Below, piece after piece: positions 47,132 through 55,915 of a stretch of 64,000 nt of DNA. Source of the stretch: Candidatus Undinarchaeales archaeon (GTDB taxonomy: Archaea > SpSt-1190 > JASMDC01); contig JASMDC010000006.1 of NCBI GenBank assembly GCA_030753015.1, positions 32,001 through 96,000 on the forward strand, read 5' to 3'. A program made the position numbers and the translations under genes. Below the pieces are notes generated by a model, which saw nothing but the letters and a program-made list of their open reading frames with translations, was not told the origin of the DNA and did no database searches. Each line of letters opens with the position of its first letter. Position 1 is the stretch's first letter.

Positions 47132-47971
47132 TCAGTCCGCCCCCTCGAGCAGTCCCGACCGTTCGGTCACCGCACCGCTCTTGGAATGTGATGTCCTCAG
47201 CACGGTATCGTTGCCTTTCTCGATATCACGTGCCTCGTCGACAAGACGTGCGGCCGCGGCCAGCACCTCGTGAGCGGTACATGCCATCAGGACGTACTCC
47301 CGCTCGTCCTTGAGCTTGAAGCAGGCCTCGAAGTCTATCGCCGCCACGGTCTCGGCCATGCGATAGGCGGCCATTGCCTTGGCGAGCGCGTAGGGATTGC
47401 GGTAGTATCCAAGCCCGGCCACCGTGCGTGGTGTGATGACTATCCGGGGCAAATCGTCGGTCCCGAGCGTGCCGCTCTTGATCCGCTCGATTGCTCCATC
47501 TAGGAGCTCGACGATGTGTCGGACCACGCCCGTCCCGGAGAGGACGCGGATGATGTCGGCGTTGAACAGGGCCATTTCGGTGGGATCCAGGAACTCCCGC
47601 CGTGCTCCGATGAGGGGATCGCCCTTGATGAGGACGTACCCCAACCCTTCGGCCTCGAAGTCCTCCTTCGCGCGTGCTGCGGGCCCATCGCTGAACACGA
47701 TGCTCGGGATGCCGGCGTCGGCGAGGAGCTTCCGCACCTCCTTGGGGCCTGCGATGGCCGCGTTCGGGGTCGAGTAGAGAATCAGGTCCGGCTTGTCAGC
47801 GATGAGGGAAGCGGCCACGTCCCGTGCGCTCTCGGGATCCATCTTGGGTCCCGATGTGCGTGCGATGAATGCGAGGTCCTCCCGGTCCGCCCGCTCGTCC
47901 AGTACGAGGTCGATGAGCGGTGAGATGCCGATGTTGCCCGTTTTGATGATGCCGATCGTTACCCTTTCCAT
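47132..47971 (-). CDS. mtd: F420-dependent methylene-tetrahydromethanopterin dehydrogenase
   Basis: K.GNIG, LDERADRED, SG.KM, PN....GP, D..IGARREFLDPTEMALFNAD, NPYA.AKA and H. Confidence 0.95.
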   Translation of the reverse strand: MERVTIGIIKTGNIGISPLIDLVLDERADREDLAFIARTSGPKMDPESARDVAASLIADKPDLILYSTPNAAIAGPKEVRKLLADAGIPSIVFSDGPAARAKEDFEAEGLGYVLIKGDPLIGARREFLDPTEMALFNADIIRVLSGTGVVRHIVELLDGAIERIKSGTLGTDDLPRIVITPRTVAGLGYYRNPYALAKAMAAYRMAETVAAIDFEACFKLKDEREYVLMACTAHEVLAAAARLVDEARDIEKGNDTVLRTSHSKSGAVTERSGLLEGAD

Positions 47972-49362
47972 ACAGAATCCTTCCATTCCCACTTGTTCTT
48001 GAGGAATCCTGCGATCTCAGACGAGTCCCGTCCTGCCACGAAGATTTCCCAGCCCGTTGTGTCCTCGAGGTCGCCCCGTAGCTGCGCGGCCAGGCCGGGG
48101 ATCAGCATCTTGCGGTGCTTGACCTTCTCCTCCACCTTGAAGTCGTCGATGAACTTTTTCACGTCGTCCGCGCTCATTGTGTTCGCTGCCACGGCCGTGT
48201 CCACGGCGAACCCGTTGGTATCGAGCACGATGAGCCATGCGGAGACCCCGGACCGCCGGAGGTCGCCCTCCACTGTGAAGTAGGTCAGGGAGAAGTTCAC
48301 CGTGAGGATGACGGGCGAGTGCTCGTCGGGGTTGCCGATCTCGTACAGCTCGGCCTTGACCGTTGGCTCTGTCCTCGGGTCCGTGTATATGTTCTGACGG
48401 AGCGTGAGGAGCGGGAGGACCGACCACGGCTCTACTGAGCTGAGCACGATCATGTCCACGAACCTGTCCAGGTGTGAGCTCGCAATGAGGGTCTCCATGA
48501 ACAAGGCCTGCACTGGGTCCTCCTCCGTGAGCCCCACGGCGCCCGGGATCGTGATGGTCGGATAGCCAAGCTCCTTGACACCGTTCTCGATGGCGGCCCT
48601 TCGCGCCTTTACTATCCGGTTGATCGAGTTCCCAAACGCTTTGCCGGTTATACCTGTTGCAGGGTCGAGCACAAGCCGCTCAAGACCGGCGGCTTCGGCC
48701 TTCCGTACAAGGGTTCCCAGCTTCGATAGGCTCTTCGAGTAGAGGACGAGGGTCGCATCGTACGTCTTGGCGAGGGAAACGAAAGCGTCGAAGTTCTTGG
48801 CCGTCGCGGTGTACATGACGGGGTTCTTCCCCTTGAGGACCTTGAGACCCTCCTCCATCATCTTCGGATCGACCGTGCAGAGCATGAACGGCTTGTCCGT
48901 CTCTTTCAAGGCGAGCTCGATGGCTTTCTTGAACTTGGCCGGATCGTCCGATGCGCACCGGATGGCGACCATGTCCAGGTTAAGCATGACCCCCAGTCGT
49001 TCTATTGAGAATGTGTTGACGAACGCGATACGCTCCTTGATCATCTTCTCATCCATGGTATCGGCGATGTCGACGGCGATGGCCGTCGGATTGAAGTACT
49101 TGAGCTCGTGCCGGTAGAGCACCTCCTCGCCGCCGATCGTGATGGTGGACGCACCACTGCCGATCGTGACCTCCTTGATGGGCGGGGTGAGGATGTCGAC
49201 GAGCACCAGCCGTTCCATGTCGGTCATGGTGCCGCAGCTCTCGGGGGTCTTCTCCCGCTGGATCAGCTTCAAGGCCAGGGCCATGCACGATTCCTCACCA
49301 CAGGCCTCGCAGTTCTTGCCGGGGAGGTACTTGTATATCATCATTGGTGTGAGTCTTGGCAT
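47959..49362 (-). CDS. cdhE: Acetyl-CoA decarbonylase/synthase gamma subunit (corrinoid Fe-S protein large subunit)
   Basis: YKYLP.KNC..CGE.SCMA.A, GGEEVLYRHEL, RQNIYTDPR, T.NFSLTYFTV.GD and IPG.AA. Confidence 0.95.
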   Translation of the reverse strand: MPRLTPMMIYKYLPGKNCEACGEESCMALALKLIQREKTPESCGTMTDMERLVLVDILTPPIKEVTIGSGASTITIGGEEVLYRHELKYFNPTAIAVDIADTMDEKMIKERIAFVNTFSIERLGVMLNLDMVAIRCASDDPAKFKKAIELALKETDKPFMLCTVDPKMMEEGLKVLKGKNPVMYTATAKNFDAFVSLAKTYDATLVLYSKSLSKLGTLVRKAEAAGLERLVLDPATGITGKAFGNSINRIVKARRAAIENGVKELGYPTITIPGAVGLTEEDPVQALFMETLIASSHLDRFVDMIVLSSVEPWSVLPLLTLRQNIYTDPRTEPTVKAELYEIGNPDEHSPVILTVNFSLTYFTVEGDLRRSGVSAWLIVLDTNGFAVDTAVAANTMSADDVKKFIDDFKVEEKVKHRKMLIPGLAAQLRGDLEDTTGWEIFVAGRDSSEIAGFLKNKWEWKDSVWKG

Positions 49363-49366
49363 CCTT

Positions 49367-50587
49367 TCATACCCCCTTGATCCATTGCTCAGGTTTCATC
49401 GGCTTCGACTCGTCCTTCTCGATGAGGAGCTGCTCGGTGATCGATTGGAGGGCCTCGATCGCGCCGGGGTGTAGCATCATGAAGATGTCCGAACCGGAGA
49501 GCAATGCCATGAGCCCGGTTGTCGCCTCCCATAACGGGCCGCGGTAGAGCTTCTCGCCCCAAGCATCGTTCTTACGCCAGGCCTCCCTGGCGGCCCACGC
49601 ATTGGAGGTCCCCGAGAGGATCGGATAGTTCAGGTCCTTGTCGCCGCGGAACGACATCTGGCGGATCCGCTCCATGGTGGTGATGGTGTACTCCACACCG
49701 TAGCCCAGAGAACCTGTGAAGGTGTCCATGACGATGCTGTTCCTTGGAACCCCCGCGACGACCAATGCCCGGGTCAGGGTCTTCTGGGCGGCAGGGTCCA
49801 TAGTGGCCAGGGCGAGCACTGCGTGATTGTGCTCTATTACCGCCGGGGCGATCGTCTCGTAGTTATCGCTCAGCGCCGCTGACAGGAGCACCCGTTCTCC
49901 GGAGGCCGCTTCAGCGGCCTTCACCAGCACGGGCGGGTCCTTCTTCCGGTTCCCAGAACCCGAGATGATCATCGGGACCTTGATCTCCTTGAGCATATCC
50001 TCGATGAGCGCGGCGGAGTCCTCTGGTGAGGTATCCTTCCCGTTGATGGGATCGGTAGATATCAGATGGAGCGTGATCATCTTGGCATTGTAACGCTCGA
50101 TGGCCGTCTTCGCCCATTCCACGGGGCTGTCCATGACGCCATCGTAGTACATCCTCACTGCCTTGGGGAGACTGAGCTCCATGTCGAAGATGTCGAAGGA
50201 GAACACAGGGATGTTCGGGACATTCGCCTCGAATGTGTAGAATGGCATGGTCTTCTGGCCGCCGATGACGAGGCTGTAGTCCCGGGTTCCACCTTCCTCC
50301 TTCGTCGCACCAAGAGTGACCTCAAGGATGTCCTGCTTCCATTCGGCGATAGGTGCCTCGAACTTGAAGGGCCCGACCTTCTTGGGAAGGGCACCTGGCG
50401 CAGCGGCCATTCCCGGCGCCGCTCCGCCCATCATCTGGACAAGGACCTGCGTCAGGCTCGGAGTGAGCTCGAGCACGAGCTCGTCTGCCTCGATGGACAC
50501 GTTCTCCAGTTCGAGCCGCTTGACCGTGGACATAAGTTCAGCGATCGTTCCTGCTCCATTGTTTTTCTTCTTCTTCTCTTCTGCCAT
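49367..50587 (-). CDS. cdhD: Acetyl-CoA decarbonylase/synthase delta subunit
   Basis: LGAT..EGGTR, IGG....PFY.FE, GSGN..KDP, LGYG.EY, SNAWAAREAW and RGPLWE. Confidence 0.95.
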   Translation of the reverse strand: MAEEKKKKNNGAGTIAELMSTVKRLELENVSIEADELVLELTPSLTQVLVQMMGGAAPGMAAAPGALPKKVGPFKFEAPIAEWKQDILEVTLGATKEEGGTRDYSLVIGGQKTMPFYTFEANVPNIPVFSFDIFDMELSLPKAVRMYYDGVMDSPVEWAKTAIERYNAKMITLHLISTDPINGKDTSPEDSAALIEDMLKEIKVPMIISGSGNRKKDPPVLVKAAEAASGERVLLSAALSDNYETIAPAVIEHNHAVLALATMDPAAQKTLTRALVVAGVPRNSIVMDTFTGSLGYGVEYTITTMERIRQMSFRGDKDLNYPILSGTSNAWAAREAWRKNDAWGEKLYRGPLWEATTGLMALLSGSDIFMMLHPGAIEALQSITEQLLIEKDESKPMKPEQWIKGV

Positions 50588-50603
50588 GGTGATCACTACC
50601 TTA

Positions 50604-51356
50604 TCATGAAAAGATACTACCGCACAGTTTCGTGACGGCCATAAAAGCGGGCGATTCTTCCTTGAGGGACGCTACGGGGCGGCCCTCCAGGTCGAGCTCG
50701 GTCACGTATTCGTCGAACGGGACGATAGCATCGATATCGAGGCCCATTTCCTGTGCTTTGGATAGGAATAAATCGGCCTGACCGTCCCGGATCTTGTTCC
50801 CGACGACGAAGAGCTTGCCGACATTGAGCTCTAGGTCATTGGACATCTTGCGGATCGAATAGGCGGTCTTGAGGGAGTTGAGGGATTGGTCGGTGACCAC
50901 TACCAATTTATCGACATCCCGGGTGGTAGTTCTACTTAGGTGCTCAAGTCCTGCCTCGGCATCGATTACCACGTGGTCATAGCTATCCTTCGCGCTGTCG
51001 ATGATGTTCCTCAGAAGATGGTTGACCGAGCAGTAGCACCCTCGCCCCTCCGGCCGGCCCATGATGAGCAGATCGCAGTTTGGTCCCTCGATGGTGATCT
51101 CGAAGATCTTGCCGTCCAGCCACTCACGCTTTGTAACGCTGGGGGCGAGCTTGTCCTTTTCAGCGAGCAACTGCTCACGGACATCTCCAATGGAACGCGA
51201 CATTTCGAGACCGAGGGAGAAGGCCAGGTTGGCGTCCGGGTCGGCATCGACCGCAAGGATGGATGCGTCAGGGAACGTCTTGCGAAGCTGTGTGACCAGT
51301 ACACTGGAGACAAACGTCTTGCCCGTACCGCCCTTGCCTGAGACTGCGATGATCAC
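50604..51356 (-). CDS. cooC: CooC/AcsF nickel-insertion ATPase
   Basis: SGKGGTGKT, VDADPDANL, MGRPEG.GCYC..N and DAEAGLEHLSR. Confidence 0.93.
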   Translation of the reverse strand: MIIAVSGKGGTGKTFVSSVLVTQLRKTFPDASILAVDADPDANLAFSLGLEMSRSIGDVREQLLAEKDKLAPSVTKREWLDGKIFEITIEGPNCDLLIMGRPEGRGCYCSVNHLLRNIIDSAKDSYDHVVIDAEAGLEHLSRTTTRDVDKLVVVTDQSLNSLKTAYSIRKMSNDLELNVGKLFVVGNKIRDGQADLFLSKAQEMGLDIDAIVPFDEYVTELDLEGRPVASLKEESPAFMAVTKLCGSIFS

Positions 51357-51371
51357 GAACAGTCACCCGTC

Positions 51372-52799
51372 CTACTCCTTCGCCTTCTGGATGATGACCT
51401 TGTCAGCGTAGATCCTGGCGTTCTTGAAGGTGAACTTGAAGCCACCGCCGCCCGGAACGGTCATTGCCGGGAGCGTCATAGCGGGTGCACCTGCCGGGAC
51501 CTGCATGAGAGTAGCGGGAGATGCGGTCACTGGTACGATCTCGCTTGCTGCTGGAGCGGGTGCCTCGGCCGGAATCTCTTCTTCCACCGGTTTTGCCCAG
51601 GCCTGAGCGAGAGGGTGCCCCTTCTCCTCGAGGAACGATTTCAGCCCCTTGAGGTTCTTGACGTCCTCGGTAGCGATCTTGTCCTTGAACTCCTCAGGGA
51701 TGAAATCCACGATGGAGTCGAAAATCACCTTGGGCATCCAGGCGACCTTGGTCCAGCCGCCGTCCCCTTGGAGGAACTTCTTGGACCGGAAATACTCGAC
51801 TGCCGTCCCCAGGAATCCCTCGGTCTGCTCGCCGCCGCCGGTCTGTTCCGCCATCTGGGAGAACTTCAGACCGTTCACACAGGTCTCCATGTACTCCCTG
51901 TTGACGAGACCGACACCGTCGATCTCAGGGATGTAGAACACGATGGCCTCGAAGCAACCGCATGATGTGTGGGGCAGTCCGAACATGGAGTGGAGGTAGA
52001 TCTCCTTGGTAACTCCGCCCGACTTCTCGTCAACGGCCTCGTCCACACCGGAATATTGTCCCTTACCAGCGTCCAGTACCTCGCCCTTCTCGATCACGAA
52101 GTTGGGGCCTTCCGGATCGATCCGTGCGCTGGCACGTGCATCGAACCAGGAGATCGCGCCGCACAGGGCCATGCGCTCAGGGGTGATGACACAGATGTGG
52201 ATGGGTGCAAAGGACTGGCAGAGGATACAGCCATAGAACTCGTCCACCTCGTCGTCCGTCAGTGTCCGCGCCCGGGCATCACGTGCCTCGTAGATCTCGC
52301 GTGCGCTCTTGATCCTCGACTCGATATCCTTCTCGTCGGTGTAGATGAATGCCTCCATCTTCTCGATGAACTTGAACTCCTGCTTCATCAGCTGGATGGT
52401 GATCTTTCCGAGATGCTCTAGGGTGAGGCCTTTCTTCACGTCCTCCTTGTTGACCCTGATCCAGATATCGTAGCGCTGGTTCAGGTGCATCACGCCCTCG
52501 ACGTAATTGAAGAAGTCGTGGATCCTCCGCTCGAGCACCGGCTCCAGGTCCTTCTCCATCTTCTTGCCGGCGACGTGAAAGATGATCGCGATAGGGGCTC
52601 TCGAGCGAGCCTCGAAATCGGCCAGGCCCTTCCCGACGACGGTCACCTTCCCGTCCTTGACGTCTTTTGGCGCCTTCATCTGGACCAGCTCGAACTTGTT
52701 CGGTACCTTCGGGCCACCGAACTCGACATGCATCTGTTGTTGCCTGATCCGCTCTCCCTCGTGGACGATTCCCACTTCTACTGGTATGTCCTCGAACAT
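51372..52799 (-). CDS. cdhC: Acetyl-CoA decarbonylase/synthase beta subunit (acetyl-CoA synthase)
   Basis: EGERIR, ERRIH.F.NY.EG.MHLNQR, FYGC.LCQSFAP.H.C, LCGAISW and PHTSCGCFE. Confidence 0.96.
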   Translation of the reverse strand: MFEDIPVEVGIVHEGERIRQQQMHVEFGGPKVPNKFELVQMKAPKDVKDGKVTVVGKGLADFEARSRAPIAIIFHVAGKKMEKDLEPVLERRIHDFFNYVEGVMHLNQRYDIWIRVNKEDVKKGLTLEHLGKITIQLMKQEFKFIEKMEAFIYTDEKDIESRIKSAREIYEARDARARTLTDDEVDEFYGCILCQSFAPIHICVITPERMALCGAISWFDARASARIDPEGPNFVIEKGEVLDAGKGQYSGVDEAVDEKSGGVTKEIYLHSMFGLPHTSCGCFEAIVFYIPEIDGVGLVNREYMETCVNGLKFSQMAEQTGGGEQTEGFLGTAVEYFRSKKFLQGDGGWTKVAWMPKVIFDSIVDFIPEEFKDKIATEDVKNLKGLKSFLEEKGHPLAQAWAKPVEEEIPAEAPAPAASEIVPVTASPATLMQVPAGAPAMTLPAMTVPGGGGFKFTFKNARIYADKVIIQKAKE

Positions 52800-52802
52800 T
52801 CA

Positions 52803-53282
52803 TCATCCCTCCAAGATCGTGTCTATCATTTTCTTCCAGCTCTTTTCGCTCATGTTAGCGAGTGAATAGGTAGCATTTGGTTGGCCGAACCTTGAGAGGT
52901 TGACCGATATCTTCTTCGAGAAGTGCTTGAGGTGACTAAAGGCCGCCGATTTCATGTAGTACGGGAATCCGATGATGAACACCACTTCGACCTCGTCGTC
53001 GTCCTTGAACCGTGAGAGGTATGCGTAGAGGTTAGTTGTATATTCCGGCTCCTTCTTGGTGAGGTTCTTGAGGAGCTTGTACCCGCTCCCCACACCGATC
53101 AGCCTCATGTTCTTGCGCTTCACCGCCGTCTTCGCGAGCTTCCCAGCAAGGTCCGGATCGGTGTGCGCGCCCATGAGCACGAGGCACTTCTTCTTAAGCA
53201 GCGCAGCCGCGATCTTCTCGTTCAGCTGGCGAGCCCGCTTCGAGCCGGGGACGTTGCCGAGGTTCCACGCCTCCACCGACAT
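52803..53282 (-). CDS. cdhB: Acetyl-CoA decarbonylase/synthase epsilon subunit
   Basis: N.PG.K.A, IG.PYY....FS.LKHF and QPNA.YS..N. Lies between cdhA and cdhC. Confidence 0.85.
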   Translation of the reverse strand: MSVEAWNLGNVPGSKRARQLNEKIAAALLKKKCLVLMGAHTDPDLAGKLAKTAVKRKNMRLIGVGSGYKLLKNLTKKEPEYTTNLYAYLSRFKDDDEVEVVFIIGFPYYMKSAAFSHLKHFSKKISVNLSRFGQPNATYSLANMSEKSWKKMIDTILEG

Positions 53283-55585
53283 CAGACCCTCACCTGCCTT
53301 TCCAGCAATGTCGGATCCACCGTCTTCTTCCGCTTCCAGCCCTTCTTCTTCAGTTCCTTGAGTAGCATTTCCCGGGAGGTGAGCGGGATGTCCTGTTCGG
53401 TGCGGATGAACTTATCGATGTCGTCCGGGAACCGGTCCAGGTACTTATGTGAGAGGTCGATGTAATGCGACAGCTTTATCTGGCGGCCCTTGGTGGTGTC
53501 GTTGGGCCGGATGCAGAGCTTGCAGGCCATGACGATGGTCTCCTCCACGGTCTCAGCGACGTAGAGGAGGTGCTCTGGGCACGGATCGATCTGGACCTGC
53601 TCGCCGTCCCGGGCGTTTAACACCGTCCACGCCTCGGGATCGTCCGCGTCCCCGAGCATCAGGCGTCGGTAGATGTTCCCCTGGGGCCCGACTATCACCG
53701 GAATCCCCATACGGTTCACGCCCGTGGCGATGGATGCCGCCTTCTGGGCATACGCACCCCAGGCAATGCCCACAGCGCCCAGTCGGTTGAGGATGTAGTC
53801 CGCGATCTCCTCGTAGTTTGCCCTGAGCTTCCGATGGGCGAAGATGGCCGCCACCTTAACAGCGGCCCCCAGGATGTGGGCGTTGGCCACGCATGAGCCC
53901 ACGTTGACCAGGCAACCCTTGTCGAAGTCGCCCGGATACCGCTCGAACAGGTCCGAGTAGATGGCGATGTCCATGGCGGTGCAGCCGGACACGGCCACGA
54001 TGTATCCCCTCTTGAGGAATTCCTCGGCGATGGTCGCGTTGACGCTGCCGCCCTCGTGGTTGGGGCATCCGACCATAGCAATGATCCCGGGGATCTCCCC
54101 GAATACGATGGGCTGCCCAACAGTCCGGATCTCAACATCCTGGATAGGGCCTCTGCCGACCCTCAGCTTGGATTTCTGGTTCGCGATCTTGTCCTTGGCG
54201 GCCGCCAGGACCATCTCGGTGATGGGCAGATCCTTATCGCAGGCGCTCTCGCACTTCCCACAGCCCATGCACTCGTCGAAGAACCTGCCGAGCTCCGATT
54301 CGTCCCCATCTGCGGCCTTCTTCATGGCCCCGGGGACGTCCTTGTTGAAGTGGCAGTTTCGCCGGCATAGCTGACACTGGGTGCAAGTGCTCGCCAGCTC
54401 GGCCAGGTTGAGCTTGAGGTAGGGGTTTTTCTTGGACTTTCGCTTCTTGAACATGTCTCGGGCCAGCTCCACGGCCACCTCGCCCACCTTGTCGAAGTCG
54501 GGGATGTACGCACCGGGGAACTCGCCGCCCTTCAGCTTGTCGATGATGACCGCAGGCTCCTCGTTGGTCATGTCCGGAAGCCCGGCAGTAGCCTTGTTCG
54601 ATGTCGTCAAGAGAGGGGTGTTGGTGGCCTTTGCGTGCTCCAGCACGTCGGTCCGGATGCACTGCTCGTCGACGACGATCACGTCGGCGACACCCATCTT
54701 GAGGAACCTCAGTTGCATGGAGAGGGGCCCTATGACCTTCGCCCGGTGGTCGTGCCGCGTGATGTCGTGTGAGGTGCAACATATCCCTGCCAGTTCAACC
54801 TTGTCGTACAGGTCATTCTTGTCCAGATAATCAGATACATCTGTACCGGACACCAGGTTGTGGCCGATGAGCAGGATGACGGGTTTGTCCGAGTCCACTA
54901 CTCCCATACCTATGTCCACCAGGGGTGTGTCACTCTCGCCTTTAGGCATGTCGAACCCGATGATCTGGATGATGTCCGCGACCTCCATGGCAAGGATGTC
55001 GATCATGCTCACGTGGAATGTCTTGGAGTTGAGGTCGATGTCATCGCCCTCATCGCCGGTGTGGGTGGATGCGAGGGCGTGGATGATCTCCGCCTCGCAG
55101 TAGTTGAGCACCTTCCTGAAGTCCCCGAACCTTCGCGGCTTGATGCCTGTAATGAGCCTGGTGAGCGGTGCCTCGATGGTGATCTGGCCGCCAAGGTCGA
55201 CCTTTGTATTGGCTCCCTCCCTCTCGATGAGCACCTCTAAGAGGTGGCGGGCGTGGGCTGCGTGGGCGGAGGCCCCGATGCAACAGGCAAGAAGTACGAT
55301 CCTTGCCTGTTGGGCATCGATCTTGATGCCGCATGCGCCCTTCTTCCCCATGAGATCGCACTTACCCATAGTGCACAGGTCGCAAATATCACTTGCGGGC
55401 ATGTAGAACGGCTTATACCTCTTCAGGAGCTTGTGATCCCATTCCCTGAGATCGGTAAGACCGGGGAACGGCGTGGGGCCTTCTTCCTCCTCCCAGTCTT
55501 CGACGACCTCGCCGATGTTGATTTGAAGTTTGCCGATATCCGTATCTAGGATATCTTTTGTGGAATCCGCTTCTTTCTCACCCAT
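53282..55585 (-). CDS. cdhA: Acetyl-CoA decarbonylase/synthase alpha subunit (Ni-CODH)
   Basis: GPTPFP, C.LC..GKCDL...GACG, C-cluster ligands (IGHN, GICCT, DEQC, GCPN, SGCT, GSCVAN) and two extra 4Fe-4S motifs. ATG 55585 after GGAGGTG. Confidence 0.96.
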   Translation of the reverse strand: MGEKEADSTKDILDTDIGKLQINIGEVVEDWEEEEGPTPFPGLTDLREWDHKLLKRYKPFYMPASDICDLCTMGKCDLMGKKGACGIKIDAQQARIVLLACCIGASAHAAHARHLLEVLIEREGANTKVDLGGQITIEAPLTRLITGIKPRRFGDFRKVLNYCEAEIIHALASTHTGDEGDDIDLNSKTFHVSMIDILAMEVADIIQIIGFDMPKGESDTPLVDIGMGVVDSDKPVILLIGHNLVSGTDVSDYLDKNDLYDKVELAGICCTSHDITRHDHRAKVIGPLSMQLRFLKMGVADVIVVDEQCIRTDVLEHAKATNTPLLTTSNKATAGLPDMTNEEPAVIIDKLKGGEFPGAYIPDFDKVGEVAVELARDMFKKRKSKKNPYLKLNLAELASTCTQCQLCRRNCHFNKDVPGAMKKAADGDESELGRFFDECMGCGKCESACDKDLPITEMVLAAAKDKIANQKSKLRVGRGPIQDVEIRTVGQPIVFGEIPGIIAMVGCPNHEGGSVNATIAEEFLKRGYIVAVSGCTAMDIAIYSDLFERYPGDFDKGCLVNVGSCVANAHILGAAVKVAAIFAHRKLRANYEEIADYILNRLGAVGIAWGAYAQKAASIATGVNRMGIPVIVGPQGNIYRRLMLGDADDPEAWTVLNARDGEQVQIDPCPEHLLYVAETVEETIVMACKLCIRPNDTTKGRQIKLSHYIDLSHKYLDRFPDDIDKFIRTEQDIPLTSREMLLKELKKKGWKRKKTVDPTLLERQVRV

Positions 55586-55620
55586 GCTGAGCGCACCTCC
55601 GTCCAGTGCCGGAAAAACAC

Positions 55621-55664
55621 TCTCCCGGACACGTCGGGAGAAAGCCGAAACGTTAATATATATA
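55621..55664 (-). promoter_or_regulatory. TATA box plus 7-bp inverted repeat at the head of the Wood-Ljungdahl cluster
   Basis: TATATATATTAA on the minus strand (about 55653-55664) and TCTCCCG-N7-CGGGAGA (55621-55641). Confidence 0.55.
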
Positions 55665-55915
55665 CCGTATGCGCAAGCTGTAATACACAAAGGTGGCTCT
55701 TACAAGGGTTCGCATAAATTGGCTCCTTTTATCATCGTAAGCTCACCGAGGTAAAACAATAACAAGTGCTTCACCTTATCGAGGATATACCTCAAAGTGA
55801 GAGGAGTTTCCGCATCGACAATGAGCGGCGGTCTTCGACCACTCTCGATTGGGTGCCCAAATCCACGAAGGTTTGGATGACCTCCCGAACACCCGATCGT
55901 CGGACTATCAGCTGA

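Noticed and set aside
55690-55915. tRNA or Moco/tungsten riboswitch upstream of cdhA
   Set aside because: No cloverleaf or T-loop consensus. The resemblance to the Moco motif is limited to CCTCCCG, on the wrong strand and upstream of the apparent TATA box.
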